Below, piece after piece: positions 48,333 through 51,282 of a DNA stretch of 51,282 nt (its first letter is position 1; each line of letters begins with the position of its first letter). The translations under genes were made by a program, and so were the position numbers. The stretch covers positions 1-51,282 of the forward strand of contig DATGNN010000472.1 in NCBI GenBank assembly GCA_035306725.1, read 5' to 3'. The notes beneath the pieces were generated by a model that searched no databases, was not told the DNA's origin, and worked only from the letters and a program-made list of their open reading frames with translations. The DNA comes from Chitinispirillaceae bacterium (GTDB lineage: Bacteria; Fibrobacterota; Chitinivibrionia; Chitinivibrionales; Chitinispirillaceae).

Positions 48333-49427
48333 TTAATTATATTTACAGATATCATTTTTTCCTGTAAAGCCGCCGAGTCGCTGTATTTCAGAAATATTAA
48401 AACCATTGTCTGACAACGGGGCTATTATTTCTTCAGGTATGTCCGGAATTGTACTTATGATAATATCTGAATCAATAGAGGACATAATTTTTACATTTCG
48501 GAGTATGTACGGGATAAGGGTTGTTTGTCCACTGGTCAATTCAAGTGTGCCTGTGGAATAGTATAGTTTAAGTTTTCCTTTTAAAACAGTCAGGATTTGA
48601 AATGAACTTTTTGGAGGAAGCATTATAACTGCTTCGTCATGAAACTTGTATTGCTCAACAGAGAAATACCGGCAAACCGCCCTGTAAAGATGTTTGTAAC
48701 CTTTACATGAAACAACCAGTGGGTCTACCAGATAGGAAGGATAAGATTTTTTGTCTGAAACTTCCAGTGCCTCTTTTATATGAAGTTGCCGCGGTCTTCC
48801 TGATTTATCCTTTCTGTCCCAGTCATACAAACGGAATGTTGTATCGGATGTCTGTTGAATTTCATATAAAAGAGTCTTTCCCATTATAGCATGAACAGTT
48901 CCGGCAGGAATTAGATATACTTGACCTGGGTATACCTTTATAGTGTTAAGCAGACTCAACAGATTACCGTTTTTGAACGAATCTTTTAAATCCTGATCGG
49001 TTACATCATGTTTGAATCCGACTATCAGCTTTGAGTCCTTTTGTGCATCAATAATATACCAGCACTCAGTTTTACCGAATTGATCAGTACCATATTTTAA
49101 AACCTGTTCATCATCAGGATGAACCTGCACAGAGAGTTTATCTTTTGAGTCAATGAATTTTAAGAGTAAAGGAAAGATTTCAAAGTTGAAATCACCTGTA
49201 ATTTCCTGTTTGTATTCTGAATATATTTCTCCAAGTGGTTTACCTCTAAAGATGCCATTTGCAATATATGTCTGATTATTATCAAAAGCAGATACTTCCC
49301 AGCATTCTCCGATTAAAACATCTTTTGGAACAGGTTTGGCCAGTTTTTCCAGCAGATCTTTTCCGCCCCATATTTTTTCCTTGAAAAGAGATTTAAAAAG
49401 AATCGGCTCTGCGGGGAATTGTGTCAT
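48333..49427 (-). CDS. manA: class I mannose-6-phosphate isomerase (cupin type)
   Basis: FKEKIWGG, LSVQVHPDD, KTECWYII and GTVHAI are type I PMI signatures. There is a C-terminal extension of about 50 aa. Confidence 0.85.
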   Translation of the reverse strand: MTQFPAEPILFKSLFKEKIWGGKDLLEKLAKPVPKDVLIGECWEVSAFDNNQTYIANGIFRGKPLGEIYSEYKQEITGDFNFEIFPLLLKFIDSKDKLSVQVHPDDEQVLKYGTDQFGKTECWYIIDAQKDSKLIVGFKHDVTDQDLKDSFKNGNLLSLLNTIKVYPGQVYLIPAGTVHAIMGKTLLYEIQQTSDTTFRLYDWDRKDKSGRPRQLHIKEALEVSDKKSYPSYLVDPLVVSCKGYKHLYRAVCRYFSVEQYKFHDEAVIMLPPKSSFQILTVLKGKLKLYYSTGTLELTSGQTTLIPYILRNVKIMSSIDSDIIISTIPDIPEEIIAPLSDNGFNISEIQRLGGFTGKNDICKYN

Positions 49428-49780
49428 GTACTCTCTTTCTCAAGAACCTGATTGGCAAACTCATCGAATGATTTATAAAGGTAACCTTCAAAGACAATGT
49501 CAAATTTGAGTGTTTCGAAAATATAATTAATATATTCATTAGAAGAAATGATATAGATCGCACCACCCATTTTTCTTACTTTATTGAGATTATAAACCAG
49601 GGCACCGATTCCGCCACTACAGATAAAAGTTACATCATCCAGATTAAATACGATCTGGCAAAAACCATCCTCAATTATCTGCTGGATTTCCTTATCAAGA
49701 ATACGCGCGTTTTCCCAATCAACGCGTCCTGATGGTTTAACTACTTTAAACTTATCAATTTGAGTTACAGAGAGTTCCAT
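49424..49780 (-). CDS. STAS-domain anti-sigma-factor antagonist (SpoIIAA-like)
   Basis: 118 aa with LDDVTFICSGGIGALV, the position of the phosphorylatable Ser. It overlaps the manA start by 4 nt. Confidence 0.85.
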   Translation of the reverse strand: MELSVTQIDKFKVVKPSGRVDWENARILDKEIQQIIEDGFCQIVFNLDDVTFICSGGIGALVYNLNKVRKMGGAIYIISSNEYINYIFETLKFDIVFEGYLYKSFDEFANQVLEKEST

Positions 49781-49810
49781 AAAAAAGCCCCTTTCCCGGG
49801 TTTGAGACCC

Positions 49811-49987
49811 TTAACGGATCTCTTCATATTCACCATCGCAAATATCAGCCCCACTCGCATCAAACCTTTCCGGTTCTTCAGAAGTAGCTGAAATGTGCAC
49901 TTTTTTACTGTTTGACCATAACATATTTAAGATCGTTATGAGAATAACAATCAAAATGAGGAATTCAACAACTTTAAACAATGCCAT
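49811..49987 (-). CDS. small single-pass membrane protein (58 aa)
   Basis: Track ORF trimmed to the ATG at 49987. MALFKVVEFLILIVILITILNMLW is a TM helix, followed by an acidic tail. Confidence 0.4.
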   Translation of the reverse strand: MALFKVVEFLILIVILITILNMLWSNSKKVHISATSEEPERFDASGADICDGEYEEIR

Positions 49988-50150
49988 AGTCCTGCTTTGA
50001 AAATTCCCTGTAATATGGTATATTTTAAGTTTAAATAATTCAAGGATAACCTTAATACGTAACAACTTAAAAATAATTGTTGTGATCCCAACGTATTAAT
50101 AAATCAATATCCAGACACAAAAACATGATTTTTTTTAAGCGGAGGAACTC

Positions 50151-51140
50151 ATGGGAGTCGATATCGAACGACTAAATGAGAGAGTTAAAGATGAAAGCAG
50201 TTTTGTCACACTGTTAAAAAATGAAATGGGAAAAGTCATTGTCGGACAACCTAAAATGGTTGACCGGCTTTTGATCGGCCTTCTAACCCGAGGTCACATT
50301 CTTCTTGAAGGAGTTCCTGGACTGGCAAAAACGCTGGCAATTTCCACTCTTGCCAAAGTAGTTGATACCGGTTTCAAGAGAATTCAGTTCACACCAGACC
50401 TCCTTCCTGCAGATTTAATCGGAACAATGGTTTACAACCAAAAAACAGGAGAATTTGTCCCCAAAAAAGGTCCCCTCTTTTCGAATATTATTTTAGCTGA
50501 TGAAATAAACAGAGCCCCGGCCAAAGTTCAAAGTGCTCTTCTGGAAGCAATGCAGGAAAAACAGGTAACAATTGGAGAAACGACATACCTGCTTGAAGAA
50601 CCATTTCTTGTTCTTGCTACTCAGAACCCAATTGAACAGGAAGGCACCTATCCACTTCCTGAAGCTCAGGTTGATCGTTTTATGCTGAAATTGAAAATCG
50701 TATACCCTTCACGTGAAGAAGAAAAAAAGATACTTGCGCGTATGGCAGGAGGAAGTATCCCGGAAGTCAATAAAATTATCACTGTTGATAATATTATTTC
50801 AGCCAGACAGCTTGTAAATGATATCTATATGGATCCCAAAGTTGAAGACTATATTGTTAACATTGTATTTGCCAGCCGTGAACCAGACAATGACGGACTT
50901 GGAGATTTAAAACATCTTATCTCTTTTGGAGCATCCCCACGTGCAACTTTGTTTTTATCACGTGCTGCAAAAGCACATGCTTTTTTACGATCCCGAGGTT
51001 ATGTTACCCCGGAGGATGTCAAATCTATCGGCATGGATGTATTACGCCACAGAATTATCACAACTTATGAAGCAGAAGCAGAAAATATTACTTCTGAAGA
51101 CATAGTTCAAAAGATATTTGACAATGTTGAAGTGCCATAA
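50151..51140 (+). CDS. moxR: MoxR-family AAA+ ATPase
   Basis: Walker A GVPGLAKT and Walker B ILADEINRAP, plus the typical MoxR C-terminus GASPRA. GGAGG RBS. Confidence 0.92.
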   Translation: MGVDIERLNERVKDESSFVTLLKNEMGKVIVGQPKMVDRLLIGLLTRGHILLEGVPGLAKTLAISTLAKVVDTGFKRIQFTPDLLPADLIGTMVYNQKTGEFVPKKGPLFSNIILADEINRAPAKVQSALLEAMQEKQVTIGETTYLLEEPFLVLATQNPIEQEGTYPLPEAQVDRFMLKLKIVYPSREEEKKILARMAGGSIPEVNKIITVDNIISARQLVNDIYMDPKVEDYIVNIVFASREPDNDGLGDLKHLISFGASPRATLFLSRAAKAHAFLRSRGYVTPEDVKSIGMDVLRHRIITTYEAEAENITSEDIVQKIFDNVEVP

Positions 51141-51174
51141 TCTTTGGATCTGAAGCTGTAGTGAGTAATAACAT

Positions 51175-51282
51175 ATGAATTTTTATTACCTTTCGATTTT
51201 AACAGGACTATTTCTGTTCATCGAGATTTTTGCAAATAAGCAGCAGCTTACTTATGATCCGGAAAAAGGCATCATTTCTCTA
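51175..51282 (+). CDS. start of a membrane-anchored protein downstream of moxR (DUF58/Bat-operon position), truncated by window end
   Basis: ATG at 51175, open to the window end. MNFYYLSILTGLFLFIEIF is a TM helix. The identity is inferred only from the usual moxR-DUF58 gene order. Confidence 0.3.
   Translation, partial: MNFYYLSILTGLFLFIEIFANKQQLTYDPEKGIISL

Overview
AT-rich bacterial chromosomal window of 51.3 kb with about 45 credible protein genes, most on the minus strand. I found no rRNA, tRNA, CRISPR array, transposase or integrase. HtrA, an Mla/MCE transporter, lipobox lipoproteins and a predicted outer-membrane barrel point to a diderm, but taxonomy cannot be assigned from the sequence.

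Gene content, left to right:
- purH-like (truncated) and a LysA-family decarboxylase
- small overlapping operon: hypothetical, DUF360 membrane protein, DEDDh exonuclease
- htrA and a helix-hairpin-helix protein
- minus-strand run: rpoD-like sigma factor, HAD-IIA hydrolase, YjfB-like peptide, ferredoxin, hypothetical, radical SAM enzyme
- ferritin-like protein
- a 2590-aa secreted TPR giant
- DUF1540 protein and pyrK-pyrD
- 975-aa glycoside-hydrolase-like protein
- pgi, yjbQ and a TIGR00725-type gene
- PlsB-like acyltransferase coupled to an EIIA-like/diadenylate-cyclase fusion
- duplicated zinc-ribbon protein
- five-gene Mla/MCE operon ending in a predicted outer-membrane protein
- malQ and a treS-maltokinase fusion
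- secreted FGE/SUMF1-domain protein
- manA, a STAS protein, moxR and a truncated downstream ORF

The most unusual signal is noncoding. The long ORF-free intergenic regions (20.3-20.8, 25.9-26.7, 43.3-44.65 and 46.5-47.7 kb) are populated by diverged copies of one locally GC-enriched element of about 90-300 nt. The copies share colinear sequence blocks and an internal helix. There are at least five solid copies and several degenerate ones, and I cannot match them to any RNA or repeat family I know.

Other points worth a second look:
- six tandem supermodules of about 272 aa inside the TPR giant
- a His-less EIIA domain fused to a diadenylate cyclase
- an outer-membrane protein encoded inside the Mla operon
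- a radical SAM enzyme with a long N-terminal extension, two genes from a ferredoxin
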